From the NCBI GenBank assembly GCA_038087875.1, contig CM075989.1:11904001-11968000 (forward strand): a DNA stretch of 64,000 nt. Direction: 5' to 3'. Numbering within the stretch: the first letter of the stretch is position 1; the number at the start of each line of letters is the position of its first letter. Under the pieces are notes generated by a model. The model was not told the DNA's origin. It ran no database searches and saw only the letters and a list, made by a program, of their open reading frames with translations. This document shows, in pieces, positions 50,581-64,000 of this stretch. A program made the translations under genes and the position numbers. Origin of the DNA: Malacoraja senta (lineage: Eukaryota).

Positions 50581-51749
50581 GATGACTTCTTCACTTGAAA
50601 TCAGTTTAATCTGCAATAAGATGTTTGTTGGGAAGATTGACAGTAGGAGAAACATGGGGTTAGACATTCCTCAGTGTCTGTGCCAAAATTACACCAACTA
50701 CTCCTTTAAGCATTTTCAAGCTGACAACTTATTCATCATTTTTGTAACATGTTTTCCTAAAGTGATGAAATGATTGCTGCAAGACTTAGAGACAGATTAC
50801 TTGAAGCAATTATTGGTGACAGAAGGAACTGAACAATTTCCCCTCGCAGGGAAGCACAAGCTGGGAACTGGGTGATAGTTTCTAGGGGACTGCCTGCTGA
50901 GTTTTGCACTGTCTCTTCAAAGCTCACTTTCACACAAGTTATGCACCTTTATGAGAACAAGAGCCAATCACCCTTCAGGTCTGTACTGCTGGTCAGTGAG
51001 ATCATGATTGAACTATGACTTACCTCCATCTACTTGTCGTTGTTCTGTTTTCCTCAAAGCCTTTGCCAAATGAAAACAATTAAAGATAATTGGACAGATA
51101 CATGGATAGGAATGGTTAAGAGGGATCTGGGCAAATGCAGGAAAATGCAATTAGCCCAGTAATTTCAATTGACCACAGGTTGAAGCTTTCTTGGGGTCAT
51201 GGGGTGGGGTGGGGGTGGGGTTGGGGTCGGGGGTGAGGGATGGGGGGAGAGAGAGAGAGAACTTCCTTATTTGTACTGCCCTTGTGGGAGGATGTTTTTT
51301 TCTGGCACCATCTCTGCATTCCCTCCATCCAAATCTTGATATCAGGTTTTGTCTGACAATCTTATCCATGGAATTTGTATTTTGGCTAATTTTGTTGTGT
51401 AAATGCAAATTGTTATGTTAGCACATAGCATAGATTTTCATTTAAAGTGGAGTTGATACCAGTTTAACCACCTGCTCTGGGCTCCCTCTGTTCATTCCAC
51501 GGAAGGGAGATTAGAGCAACATGAATTCTGCTCGCCACATAAAAATGGTCTCTGTGGATATCACTCGATTATTGTCTGTCCCCCTTTTTTTTCGTTTTGA
51601 ACAACAGGGATTTAATGAATAGAAAATCAGCATTTCTTCAGCATGTACTTTGGCATTGGGCAAACTAATGGCAGAGGGATGGGATTCAAATTCACACATG
51701 TGGAAGCTAATGGAACATTAGGAACACAACACACAGCTCCTCAAGCTGG

Positions 51750-52470
51750 TCAATAGACAATAGGTGCAGGAGTAGGCCATTCGGCCCTTCGAGCCAGTCA
51801 ATGTGATCATGGCTGATCATCCCCAATCAGTACCCCGTTCCTGCCTTCCCCCCATATCCCTTGACTCCACTATCTTTAAGAGCCCTATCTAGCTCTCTCT
51901 TGAAAGTATCCAGACACCTGGCCTCTGCTGCCCTCTGAGGCAGAGAATTCCACAGACTCACAACTCTCTGAGAGAAAAAGTGTTTCCTCGTCTCAGTTCT
52001 AAATGGCTTACCCCTTATTCTTAAACTGTGGCCCCTGGTTCTGGACTCCCCCAACATCGGAAACATGTTTCCTGCCTCTAGCATGACCAAACCTATAACA
52101 ATCTTATATGTTTCAATAAGATCCCCTCTCATCCTTCTACTCCAGAGTGTACAAGCCCAGCCGCTCCATTCTCTCAGCATATGACAGTCCCGCCATCTCG
52201 GGAATTAACCTTGTAAACCTACACTGCACTCCCTCAATAGAAAGAATGTCCTTCCTCGAATTAGGGGACACAATACTCCAGGTGTGGTCTCACTAGGGCC
52301 CTGTACAACTGCAGAAGGACCTCTTTGCTTCTACACCCGACTCCTCTTGTTATAAAGGCCAACATGCCATTCGCTTTCTTCACTGCCTGCTGTACCTGCA
52401 TGCTTACTTTCATACACTGATGAACAAGGACCCCCCAGATCCCGTTGTACTTCCCCTTTTCCCAACTTGG
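51750..52470 (-). mobile_element. CR1 LINE 3' fragment (relatively young)
   Basis: RRMRGDLIETYKIV...SRTRGHSLRIRGKPFRTETRKHFFSQRVVSLWNSLPQ; caatagacaatag tail. An adjacent second CR1 3' end lies at ~52505-52830. Confidence 0.9.
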
Positions 52471-53319
52471 ATGTATATTTCTGGAAATTCTCCATCACTG
52501 GGTCGGAATCATAAGTTCATAAGGAGCAGAATTAGGCCATTCGGCAAAACAAGTCTACTCAACCACTCAATCATGGTGGATCTGTCTTTCCCTTTCAACT
52601 CCATTCTCCTGCCTTCACCCCATATCCCCTGACACCCTTACTAATCAAGAATCTGTCAATCTCTGTCTTAAAAATATCCCCTGACTTGGCCTCCACTGCA
52701 TGTCTGTGGCAATGAATTCCACAGATTGAATACCCTCTAACTAAAGAAATTCATTCTCATCTCCATTCTAAAGCTATGTCCTTTTATTCTGAGGCTATGG
52801 TCTCTGATCCTAGATTCTCCCACTGGGGAGAATCCTGCCCAACATCACAAAACAAGCGCCTTTGCCATATAGACTGAAACAATTCAAGAAGGAAGCTCAC
52901 CATTAAGTTCACATGAGGCCTCCGGGGCAGCAAGTGCCTGCCTTGGCTCCAGGGACAATAATCTGCAGAATGACTTTTAATAAGCTTGTCATCAATCCTA
53001 AATCTGATCATGGCCAGTAAATATTGTACATTAATCCAGATGGCAATATCTGACCAATTCACGTGCCGCCTTTCCATAAGATAGCTTTCTATCATATTTT
53101 GGTAGCTCATAAAATACAAGTAATCATTTATCAATAAAATAGCAGATATGCATCCTGAATTGGAGAAATTGATCAATCTATGAATGAGAAACACTTTGCA
53201 GAAACTCACTGAATAGATTTCCTGAAACGTAGCACGAGAAATGGGTAATTAATGATTAATTCGCTAAAAGCTCAGCAAAATGTTGTCAGAAATATACAAT
53301 GCTGGAAATATAATATGTT

Positions 53320-53481
53320 GGTAGACACAAAATGCTGGAGTAACTCAGTGGGATAGGCAGCATCTCTGGAGAGAACGAATGGGTGACGTTTCGGGTCGAG
53401 ACCCTTTTTCAGACTGATATCAGGGGAGTGGGCGGGACAGAGATAGAATGTAGTCGAAGACAGTAAGACTGGTGGGAGAAC
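53320..53481 (-). mobile_element. 5'-truncated Penelope-like 3' terminus with mutated hammerhead (53385-53412)
   Basis: Reverse complement aligns with 46078-46200 of the long PLE and contains CTGAAAAAGGGTCTCGACCCGAAACGTC (core G8 changed to A). Approximate 11-bp TSD tat(a/g)atatgtt. Confidence 0.85.
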
Positions 53482-56023
53482 TATGATATGTTTCCAGCAA
53501 TAATGATCATCAATATCAGTTCCCCCGCCATGATGGTCCTCAACAAATCTTGGGAAACTGCTGCACACTAAACTTTTGAAAGATGGGATGGTCTTTCCAT
53601 AGGGTTGAACAATGAAGAGTGACTGAAAGTATAATTAGCCATCATTCAATGAGACCCACTGCCCTTCTCCTGCAAGCCTCTCCTACCAAGCAAAGTCTTT
53701 GTCTGTAAGCAATGTCTGCTCGTCATGTGCTGAGGGAGTTGAGGACCAGTGAAGATTGTGATGTATCATCAACCAAGTGATAGTTGGTAGGTCCATCCCA
53801 CAATGGAGGCAGTATATTACAGAAGGCTCCACATGCAAAACCTTTGAAGGTACCTTTGGAGCTGAATATCCATGAAAGGACAGACAAAAAGAAAAAGAGG
53901 GTGGTGATTTGTTACTGTAGAAGGAAATTGAAGAAATAGTGAGAAAGGATATTGGCTCAGACCATCAAAAGATTCAATCATTCTGGGTAGAACTAAGTCT
54001 AAGTGGGAGTTGTCTCCAGATCTCCAAGCAGAAACACTGGTCATGGCATCAAACAGGAAAATTTCAATCAACGTTGCAAGGATATTCCTAACTTTAATCT
54101 GCATATTGACCCATCAAATCAAATGAGCAATAACACCGTTGAGTATGAATTCCTGGATTGCAGCATGGATTTTTAGATCAGTCTGTAAAAGAGTCAGCTA
54201 GCGGACAGGCTATCCCAGACTGGGTACTGAAAATAAGTTTAATTTGGATCCTTAATGCAAACTTGGAAACTGGCAAAGTACGAGCAGCAAGTTAGTTCTA
54301 AAAGACTGAGAAGTTTCATTGAAAAGCATGGTGGTAGATAGGCAATAGTCAACACCTATATGTCTATATAAAGTATTGCTGCATTAAAACTATATCAAGT
54401 CAACAAAAAGTATCAACAGATATGGAGGGAGCCCAGGAGTATGGTATTGAGAGGGTGTAGTGTCATAAGTGTATTGGAAGATGGAACAGGCTTGAGGGGG
54501 CAAATGGTCCATGCCCCCTCCTGTTCTTCATGGTTTTTCGTAGTATAGTTGAATTTACTTGTCATATACACAAGTACGCTAAGGTACATGTACAATGGAA
54601 ATCTTGCTTGAGGCAGCATCACAGGCACATTGACTCAGACAACGCACAAAAGCATAAATTATACTTAAATGACCCACATCACACATAAATTATAGATAAC
54701 CTACAAGACTGTGAAAAGGGAAAGACTGTGCAAATAAAAACAAGATATAAGTGCAAAACATAAATGGAAAACAAGTCCATGGCAAATTAGCAAGAGGTAG
54801 CTAAGGTAGGACTAAGGTTGTGCAGATCAGTTCAAGAGGCAGCATCTTATGTAGATAATCTCGATGATAGGGAGAGCTGTGCCCAGAATTTTACTGGGCT
54901 GAATTCTCCACTCTGCAGCATCTTGTATTCCTATACTTTGGAATTGCCTCACCAGTACATGATGCAACTAGTACCATAACCTGTAGAGGTTTTTTTGCGA
55001 TTCATGAGCATGCTAAATCTCTTTAAACTTGTAGTGAAGGTGTGGGTGCGCCTGGTGCAGATTAAGCAAAACACTGGCTAGTTAACAGCAAAAATGTTGA
55101 GTCCAATTCCAGGTACAGCATGTTGGAATGATGCCAAGGGCTTGGAGAGGAGAGTTACTAGAATGGTTCCAGTGATGAAAGAGCAGCTCAGTGAAGGGAT
55201 ACGAAGCTTGGACAGTTTTCCCTCAAGCAGATAAGGATAGGGGAATATCCAGAAAAAATAGCAGATCAGTAGACCAGAGATACTAGCTGCGTCTTCATCG
55301 TTGCTGGATTATGGACTTGGTACAATGACCCTCCCCAGCAGGAGAATAAAAGATGCTGTACAGTGATAAGAAGCGCTTACATTGCCCTGGGCTGTGAGCT
55401 AGAATTATGGCAGGGAAGAGGAGAGGAGGTTATTTAAACAGTCAGGTGACAAGTCCCTCAAAGATTTGTGAAAACCTGCAGATAATTGGGAAGGTGGCAA
55501 AGGCAACACAGATAATGACATCCACCCACATAGCTCGTTTGAATTGAGTGCAACATACAACTTCCTGTCCTGACGAGAGTATTTTACAAAGGATGCTGTT
55601 GTGATAAAGTCTTATTATCTAATTTTACAAATCTCAAATGTGACATGTCACCACACTAATCAGGCGTGCAATGAATCTGCAGCATACATCATTCCACTGC
55701 CTGTTTTCTGGATCTGGGTCAAGCTGTAGGGAGATGGAAGATCCAGGGATGGTCAGCTCAGGCTAATTCCCCACATTGGGAGAGAACAAATTACGTTTAA
55801 ATATTGATTAATGTGGATGCATTATTGGCAACATTTCTCTGAAAACCTCAAGTAGTACCGGCCTGTTAGTTTGTCTGGGATGTTTGAAGTCTCTGAATAT
55901 TTAGTCCTAGTTGGTTATCCGTTCGTGGGCTAAAGATCTGCCCTTGACTGCTTGAATACAGCAGCAGCATCCTTACATTGTGCTCTGGTTCAAAAATATA
56001 CCACTGTGGAACTCAATTTGGGG

Positions 56024-56184
56024 TAGACACAAAATGCATCTCTGGAGAGAAGGAATGAGTGACGTTTCGGGACCCGAAACATCACCCATTCCTTCTCTCC
56101 AGAGATGTTGCCTGTCCCGCTGAGATACTCCAGCATTTTGTGTCCACCTTCGATTTAAACCAGCATTTGCAGTTCTTTCCTACA
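56024..56184. mobile_element. Penelope-terminus-derived inverted-repeat element
   Basis: Centre gacgtttcgggacccgaaac; tail on the right; perfect 14-bp TSD aactcaatttgggg (56010-56023 / 56185-56198). Confidence 0.88.
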
Positions 56185-56702
56185 AACTCAATTTGGGGAG
56201 CAGTTTCCAGCACACACTCACTGTAATATTGCACGTGTGAATGCAGTCAGTGATGAATTAAAGCCCCTTCTGTTTTCATTTGCTGTTTCTTTATTTATTA
56301 TATAAAATTTGATTGACAAAAGTGCCAATCTCAGACCCAGATGATCTCAAATCACGTCATGGCCGGTGAAGCACTTTAGTAGAAATGAAATGAGCGCACA
56401 GGAAGAGCCATAAACAACAGCAAAGGAATTGTGATGGCTGCATTGCCAAATTGTGAGATTAAATTTGGTTGTCTGCATTATCTTCCACCATCACCCAAAT
56501 ACCATGGGGGTGTCCATCACAATCAAACAGTGCACTCGCAAATTTGAGTCGCAATCAATGTGCTCCAGGTTACCAGATACCGTAGCATTTGAATTGCACT
56601 AAGGCCTAAATTCTGTGGATGAAACCTCAAAGACCCACACTCACAAAGGCCTTTAAAATTCTTCTCTCGGAGGAGGGAAGCAAAGGGGGACACGTAGCTC
56701 AC

Positions 56703-56850
56703 GGGTCTGGGAATAGGTCAGGAGCTGGGTCTGGATCTAGGTGTGAGACTGTCTGAATCTGACTCTGGGTCTGAGTCTGGCCTGGGTCTGGTTTCTGGAT
56801 CATGGGCTTAAACTTGAGTCTGGGACTGGGACTGGGTCTGGGTCTGAGTG
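56703..56850. repeat. Degenerate hexamer repeat (TCTGGG/TCTGAG/ACTGGG)n
   Basis: Direct reading. Confidence 0.8.
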
Positions 56851-59654
56851 GGTGGTGGCTGTACAGGCCAGAGGCCAATGGTTCGGGGTGTATGCAGAAA
56901 TCCGTCACACAGCAAGGGAATTGTAGATGCACCTGAAGTTGGGTCTCCCTGGGGCCGGAGTCTATGGTCATTCTGTCCGTGTGCAAATAAAATCATAGAG
57001 GGAACCGTTCATAGAAACATAGAAAATAGGTGCAGGAGTAGGCTATTCCGCCCGTCCAGCCAGCACCGCCATTCAATATGATCATGGCTGGTCATCTAAA
57101 ATCAGTACACTGTTCCTGCTTTCTCCCCATATCCCTTGTTTCCATTAGCCTTGAGAGCTAAATCTAACTATCTTGAAAACATCCAGTGAATTGGCCTCTA
57201 TTGCCTTCCGTGGCAGAGAATTCCACTATGCATTCAAATATGCATTGCATGCTGTTGAATACCATGACTCACATCTGTGTGTTTCAGAAGTTGGAGTATC
57301 TGTTGCACAGAAAATCATCGTGTGTAATCCGTCCGGTTAATCCCTGATTTAAAATAAAGGACATTTTTCATAGAAATTCAATCAGCTAGGATGTGCCAGC
57401 CGGCATGAATCCAAGGCGCCAGTGTCCCCCTTGGGCTGGGGCTGAGGGGCAGACAATGTTTTGGATCTTTAAAGTGAATCCTGCAGCTGGACGGTGGGAA
57501 AGCCTCACACGGTTTGTGAGGTCTCATTTTATGCGCCAGGACTGGGGTATTTGGTCCATGATGCCACCAGCCGAGGAATCGCAGGTTCACTGCTTTGCAG
57601 CATTTTTTGGGGGATTTGAGAAGATGTAGAAAGTTAAGTTTTGTAGACGGGAGTGAATTGTTATCTGACAGCAAGGGAGGCAGCAAACCACAAATATGTT
57701 TCAGAGCTCTGACTCTGGCATTGTTTTCCTGGATTTTTCATTTAATTGGCTCATTGTGAGAATTCCTGAGAGTTTGTCAGCTGTCAGTGATGGTGAGAAG
57801 GTCACTGCTTGCTGTCAGCATCTCTGTGCATGCTGGGAATATTGGCAGTGTTAGATGGCAAGAATGATCCAAGGACGATCTGTCACCTGGCTGTATGGTG
57901 GCTTCCTTTGTTCTCCTGCTGACCCAATTTCCTCTGTCACTCAGATCCATTCTTCTAGTCTTGGCAAAGAATCCTAATGCCTGCGGCATGGTCCTTGGTG
58001 CCATGCCAGAAGGCATCATTCAGAGGACAGAAGCACTCACTGCCAATCTGCTGCTCCATTGAAATGCACAGATAAGGAAAAATCAAGACCTCACCTAGCA
58101 AATGAATGTCTGCAAACAGACGCCACAACCAAAAGCCTATCTCTGCAATTGTTGCAAACTTCACTGGGGGAGTTGATCAGAACACTGGAACTTTAGCTGT
58201 CAAAAATAATTAACTTTAATGCGTGTTGCCTCTGAGTGTGAATGAGTGAGAAAGAGAGAAAGGGCAATGTCAAAAGGCCAAAGGCGTCTTATAAGAGAGG
58301 CCCTGATCAGCCATGATCACATTGAATGGCGGTGCTGGCTCGAAGGGCCGAATGGCCTACTCCTGCATCTATTGTCTATTGTCTATTGTCCACTTAGACC
58401 AATTGGCAAATTACAGTTGAGATTCAAAGTGGTTTGCAAAAGAGACCCCGTGAAGGAACAGTCTAGAGAGGACCAGATGGCAACAGACAGCTAGCAAAGG
58501 GCACAGTTTATCAAGGATGAATGCACACAATGTGTAATAGCGAAGTGTTCTGCACAGAATCAATACTCTCAAGAAGACACACTAGATAAATGTACTGAGC
58601 GCAACCGTAGATGGACCTGCTCTCCCATGTTCGAAGATACATAATCACCTTAGACAGGGCAAGGTAAAATTAATAAAGATCATTCAGCCCCTTGAGCTCG
58701 TTCCATCAATCAGTGAGATAACAGCTGCTCTCAACTTGATTTTATTTATCTTGTTTCTAACCCCTCAATGAAACAGCAGGGATCTGGTGTTTATAAACTC
58801 CTGTTACCCCTCTGGGTAGAAACAAATGTGGAAAATAGTACCAGCAAAAGATAAATTGCTGGAAGAACACAGCATTTTAAGCAGCACCTGAGGAGGCAAA
58901 AGTGTGGTATACATCACGGGTCCCGAGGCATTAACCATGCTTTACTTCCATAGATGCTGCTTGACCTGCTGAGTTCTTACAGCAGTTTATCTTTTACCTA
59001 TAGACCCAGCTGACTGCTTGACAGATATATATTTTAACATTTTGCAGCGCAGGAGAATGTGCCTGTTTTGCCAATGCCGGCCCACAGTGGGCTGGTCCCG
59101 TTTATCACATTCCCATTTCTTGATTATAATTTTGTAATTTTAAAGAGTAGGGTCCTTTGCTTCAGACTGGGAGTGTTTAGGATACATGAGGATAATGAGA
59201 TTGTGCTTGACTGAGTTATCTTGCAGTGCGAGAAGAAAGCATCAGCATATTAAACCACAAAAACGTTGACAAAATCTGTTTGTGGTGTTGATTTATTAAA
59301 AACAGAGTATCAATTGCTTTATATAAAGCTTATTTATTTCAAGAAACTTCCCCCTCCAGTTCATTGTATTTATCATTAGTTAAATTTCGAAATATAACAG
59401 TAGGTTCAGTGCATGTACAGTTGCCAAATCCAGTTGCACTGGAGACTTCAGCCTCTCGATGGAAGGCTGTATTTCAGGATCTCAGCACTTTAGTCTCAGG
59501 ATGAGGTCCGGGCCAACTCTACAGTTTAGAGACTTGATCATTTTGCCTTGCGTGGTTTCATTGCAGCACGTCAGGATGGGACGAGTGGGTGAAACAGCCT
59601 TCCAGTAATTGAGGATCAAAACTAAAACAACACCGATAAGGGAGAAAGTAGTAG

Positions 59655-59830
59655 GGTGCCACATGGTGCAGCTAGCAGAGCCACTTTCTCACAGAACCAG
59701 CGTCCCACATTCAACCCTGATCTCACTGCGCTGTCTGTGTGGAGTTTGCACATTCTCCCCGTGAACACAGGGGTCTGCTCCATTTTACTTGCACATCCCA
59801 AAGAAGTGTGGTTAATTGGCCACTGCTGAT
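59655..59830 (+). mobile_element. tRNA-derived V-SINE (HE1-like) fragment
   Basis: acatggtgcagctagcagagc...ctcacagaaccag...gctgtctgtgtggagtttgcacattctccccgtga. Confidence 0.7.
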
Positions 59831-59934
59831 ATAGTGATATTGAAAGTACTGTAATCCAAAGGAAATTCAGATTAATTAATCCAGATTATATTTTGGGATG
59901 AATGGGATGTCCTATTGAGAGTGGTAGACAGTTT

Positions 59935-60320
59935 CTATTCCTTGGAGTTTAGAAGAATGAGGGGAGACCTTATTCAAACATATAAGACCCTAGGGGGCTT
60001 TATGAGTTAAATGTTGAGATGTTTTCACCAGTGGGAGTGTCACTAACAAGGGAACATAGTTCTAAAACAAAGGGCCGCTCATTTAAAACTGAGGCTAATG
60101 AATCTCTGGAATTCTCTGCCCCTGAGGGTGGTGGAGGCCAGATCATTAGATATATTTATGGAGGAGATAGACAAATATTTGAAAGGTCGAGGAATTGAGT
60201 GTTATGTGGAACTGGCACAGAAGAGGAGTTGAGGCTCACATAGATCAACTGTGATCATATTGATTGGCAGGGCAGGCTTGAGGGGCCGAGTGGCCTATAC
60301 CTGGTCCTGTTTCCTTGTGT
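59935..60320 (+). mobile_element. CR1 LINE 3' fragment
   Basis: cttggagtttagaagaatgaggggagaccttattcaaacatataag...; other short CR1 3' ends at ~54420-54535 (+), 57010-57225 (-) and 58305-58390 (+). Confidence 0.8.
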
Positions 60321-61039
60321 GATGTGTAGTCAATGGTAGAATCCAGAGTAGTTGCTGGGCACGTAAGAGAGAATGGGCTACCGGGAATAACTGGGGAACT
60401 GGGATTGTTCTGTGAACTGATGCAGGTTCCATTGGACAAATAGCCTCCTGTGTCGTGAGCGAGTATGGAAATACCTGGCACAGAGTCGAGACAAAACTCT
60501 TTCACAGGGATGGGACACACTCCAGCTCATTCAGGCCCAAGTCTTGCAACATCCCCCATCATTCTTCCCCTTGTTCAGTCACCTTTCCGTCAGTCCCTCT
60601 ATCCCTGTACCCCTTCTTCTAACAGCATCCCTCACTCGGCCCCCTCCCTTTCAGTTTTCCTCCTCTAAATTTACCTCCAAGATTAGATCAGATGAGCAAA
60701 CGTGAGGGTGAGACACAACAAGATGGAAACCGGTTTGGTACCTGTGATAAGAAGACATTTTTGTCATAAAACATAAACCCTGTATTGGATATGCTGAATA
60801 TACTAATACCAGCTACTGTAGCCAGTTGTAAAATGTGGCAGCGGATTAACTCAGTCAGGGTTCAGTCTCACACTCACACTCCCAGCATTAGTTCACATTG
60901 TGTGCGCCTACTACCCTCCCACCCTCCTCCTAGCGGGCAGCCTTTATCCATCAGTTAGGTGGTAGCTGGATATATTCATCAGTTGGTGGTCAATAATCAA
61001 TTCTAAGGACTGTGTCATTTTTGTCCATGTCATAGGATA

Positions 61040-61900
61040 TGGAGTAGATGTAATATGAATACTTATCTGTATTTACTGAGGAATAGTTTATGGAGGCAGA
61101 GGAATTGAGGGAAATTAGTAATGATGAGTTGGTCCATATCCACATTCCAAAAGAGGAGCTGCCAGTAGTCTTAAAGAATATTAAGGTGAAAAAAAACATG
61201 ACAATGCATATCTAAGGACATTGTGGGAAACTAGGGAAGAAATTGCTGGGCCCCAGCAGAGAGATGTTTTATCATTTATAGCCGTGGAGGATTGGAGGGT
61301 GGCTAGTCATTGGTTCATGGAGTATGCAGTGTGGAAGCAGGCCAGCCTAACTTGCCCACGCCAATCAACATGCCGCATCTACACTTGTCGCACCGGCCTG
61401 CATTTGGCCCATATCCCTCCAAACCTTCCTATCCATGTACCTGTCCAAATGTTTTTTAAACGTGATAGCATTGTATCTTTATTTGAAAAGGGCTGCATGG
61501 AGCGCTGCAAGGCAGAGAACTACAGGCCAGAAATCCTATCATGAGCGATAGGTAAGTTACTGGAGAGGATTCTGAAGGAGAGGGTTTAACAATATTTGGA
61601 TAGACATGGACTATTGAGATATGGTCGGTACAGCTTTCTGCATGGAAAATCATCTTACTGATTTGATTGAGGATTTTCTACAGGTAACCAAGAGGATTGA
61701 TGAGGGAAGGATGGCGGAAATTGTCTACATTGGCCTTTAGCACAGCCTTTGACAATATCCCGTGTGGTACATTAGTCCACAAGGTTAGAACACCTAGGAT
61801 CTAGGGTGAGCTATTAACTGGATTCACAATTGAACGAGAAGCAAGAGTCAGATGACGGTGGTGGAGGTTTGTTTTTCTGATTGGTGTCCTGTGACCAATG
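61040..61900 (+). mobile_element. Decayed CR1 ORF2 (RT N-terminal part) with a nested minus-strand CR1 3' end (~61320-61460)
   Basis: WETREEIAG..., EDWRVA, LFEKG, NYRP motifs; gcctttgacaa (AFDK-like) near 61745. Confidence 0.7.
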
Positions 61901-64000
61901 GGTTCCAGCAGAACCTTTCTCCATTCTGGCCTGGTGGGGCCCATTCAATACTCTAATAAAGAAGGCAGTGAGTAAATATTTCAGTCCTGGTGCAGCTGAA
62001 GCCATAAGCTATGCCTCTGGCACCTCCAAGCTCAACTATTCCAACACGATTCTGCTGCTCTCCTGTCTTTAACTTAGCTTACACCACATCTCGTCCAATG
62101 TCCCAACACCGGCGTCCCAGCTCACACCATCAAGCCCCCAATCTGTGAGCTTGCTGCCCTGCACTGATCTTGGTGAGCTTGCTGCCCTGCACTGATCCTG
62201 CTGGAAGACCCATGAGATTTCTCCACAAACTCTATAAATCATATTATGGGGCATGAATGAGCAGGGAATTTCTTTCAGACAGGTTTACACAAGTGTCCCT
62301 AATTTTACCATTACTAAACTTACAATCAAACACTTGTTTCTATTATTAATATTGAGTGGAATCACCTAGGAAACATCTCATTTGATTCAATCCCATAGCA
62401 ACGCCATGGTAACCCTCCTGAAACCAGAAGACAGCAGAGTTTGAAGCAACCTAATTAATTGAGCAGTGCAGAATGAAATTTGCATCATTATTGCAAAGAA
62501 AGGCCAAAATCAAACAAACATTTCAATTTATTCAGACAACCTGTGCAATAAAAGAGAGCTGCCTCTAATCCAAGCTTTGCCCACACTGCTTGCTTTATGT
62601 ATTGGAGTCTGAAGTAAGCAGCTGATAGCAAAAGGGTCCATCTAAATTTACCGGAATTATATTTCCTTCTGCATTCTGCCTCAAATCAATGTGACATTTT
62701 AAGTCAACTTTTGAGAAGCAGTGAGTGTGTTTGCTAATGCAACAGAATAATGAAAAGAAGTCTTAGCCATAGAAGTTTACACAAGTTGAAATCATGCCAT
62801 GGCATTGGGTGAATTTATAGTGTTGGCGGCAGATGCAGGAGATCAACAATGCCATTTAGCGGGCTGGGGCCTTAACCTCTCGTACTCAAGGTGTTCCGAG
62901 GTCGGCTGCTCAAATAGCTCTGGGCCACAGAGGTTGAACAGTGGCACATGAGATGTGGAACAGCGTGTTCCCATATCGATGTGTATGGATCGAGGCATTG
63001 GTGAAGTTGGCTGCTGGAGGCCCTGCAGCAGCCTGGGGCTCGATTAGATCAGGCACCGCTCCAAATGGCCTGCATTGGCATGACGCACTAGAACCGTGGT
63101 GGAGGGCATCGACAACATCGCCTGGCCAGAACGACCTCTACAACGCCAACCCAGTCCCGCCTTTAGAACAACAGGTCTTTATGGCCATTTCTCTATATTT
63201 TTAACAACTTTGGACTTGAATCATACAAAATGACTCTGGAAATGTGACGACTCTTCTTGTACTGTCTCAGTGTAATCTACTATTCTGCACTATTGTACTT
63301 AAGTGTGATTGTGCCTATCTATAGTAAGATTTTTACTGAAAAGGTATTTCACTGTACCGAGGTATGTGACAATAAAGTACCATTGAAGCATTGAACAATT
63401 AAATAAACCTGGAAAAAAAGAACTATTGTAATAGCGACCGTGAATCTGCTAGAATTTAAAAATGCCCTTGTGACGTAAGGCATTTTGGGAAAGAAACCTA
63501 CTGCCAAAATGGACAATATGTGGCTCCAGATTCACCAATAAGATCTGCTGCCAAATGTTTTAGGAAGGCAATTGGGGCAGATAATCAATGCCAGGGATCT
63601 CCATACCCTGCAGATGAATAAAAGAATCCATAGAACAAATACAATAATTATAGCTAAGATTATAGCAACAACTCACATTTACATAGCTCTTCATAATAGG
63701 ATACAAGCAGATGGCAGTTTGAAAGCAAACCAGATCAACAGGACAGGTGAGCAAAATCTCAATTAAAGAGGGAGCTTTTAACGAGCATCCTTAACAAGTA
63801 GAGAGAGGCAATGAGATGAGGGAGTAAAATTCCAGAGTTCAGGCAGCTAAAGGCATAGCTGCTGTTGGTGGAGTGAGTAAAATTGGGAATAGTGAAGAAA
63901 TTGGGACAGATGCACGTAGATCTCAGAGAGTGACAGGACCGGAAGGGGTTTACAGGGAAAAGGAGGGGCAGAACCAGGAAGGAATTCAGCAAAGATGAAC

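Noticed and set aside
37000-64000. Equivalent of the mouse Rasgrf1 imprinting control repeat upstream of the gene
   Set aside because: No comparable long tandem array is seen upstream. That system is rodent-specific, and the intron-1 repeat shows no evident homology.
37000-64000. Neighbouring gene or miR-184 (syntenic in mammals)
   Set aside because: By eye I found neither the mature miR-184 sequence nor convincing exons. A short exon could have been missed.

Overview
Eukaryotic (vertebrate) genomic DNA. The repeat content (CR1 LINEs, V-SINE/HE1-like and Deu-domain SINEs, Penelope-like elements) suggests a cartilaginous fish, probably a skate or ray; this is inference. The left 37 kb holds the 5' part of RASGRF1 on the minus strand. 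Coding exons 1-10 (1542 nt, 514 codons: PH1, coiled-coil, IQ, DH, start of PH2) all have GT-AG borders and consistent phases, and the gene continues beyond position 1. The CpG-rich promoter carries an RE1/NRSE-like site, an E-box and a GC box. The right 27 kb is repeat-rich, and I found no other gene there. The most notable signal is a set of ribozyme-bearing retroelements. A 142-nt SINE-like insertion (49620-49761, minus) begins exactly at G1 of a 54-nt minimal HDV-like ribozyme fold and ends in (GAA)n. It is nested inside one of many short Penelope-derived inverted repeats whose symmetry centre is a minimal hammerhead motif. A decayed autonomous Penelope-like element (RT + GIY-YIG) and a non-autonomous hAT DNA transposon are also present. 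Exon and ribozyme coordinates were counted base by base; most old-repeat boundaries are approximate.
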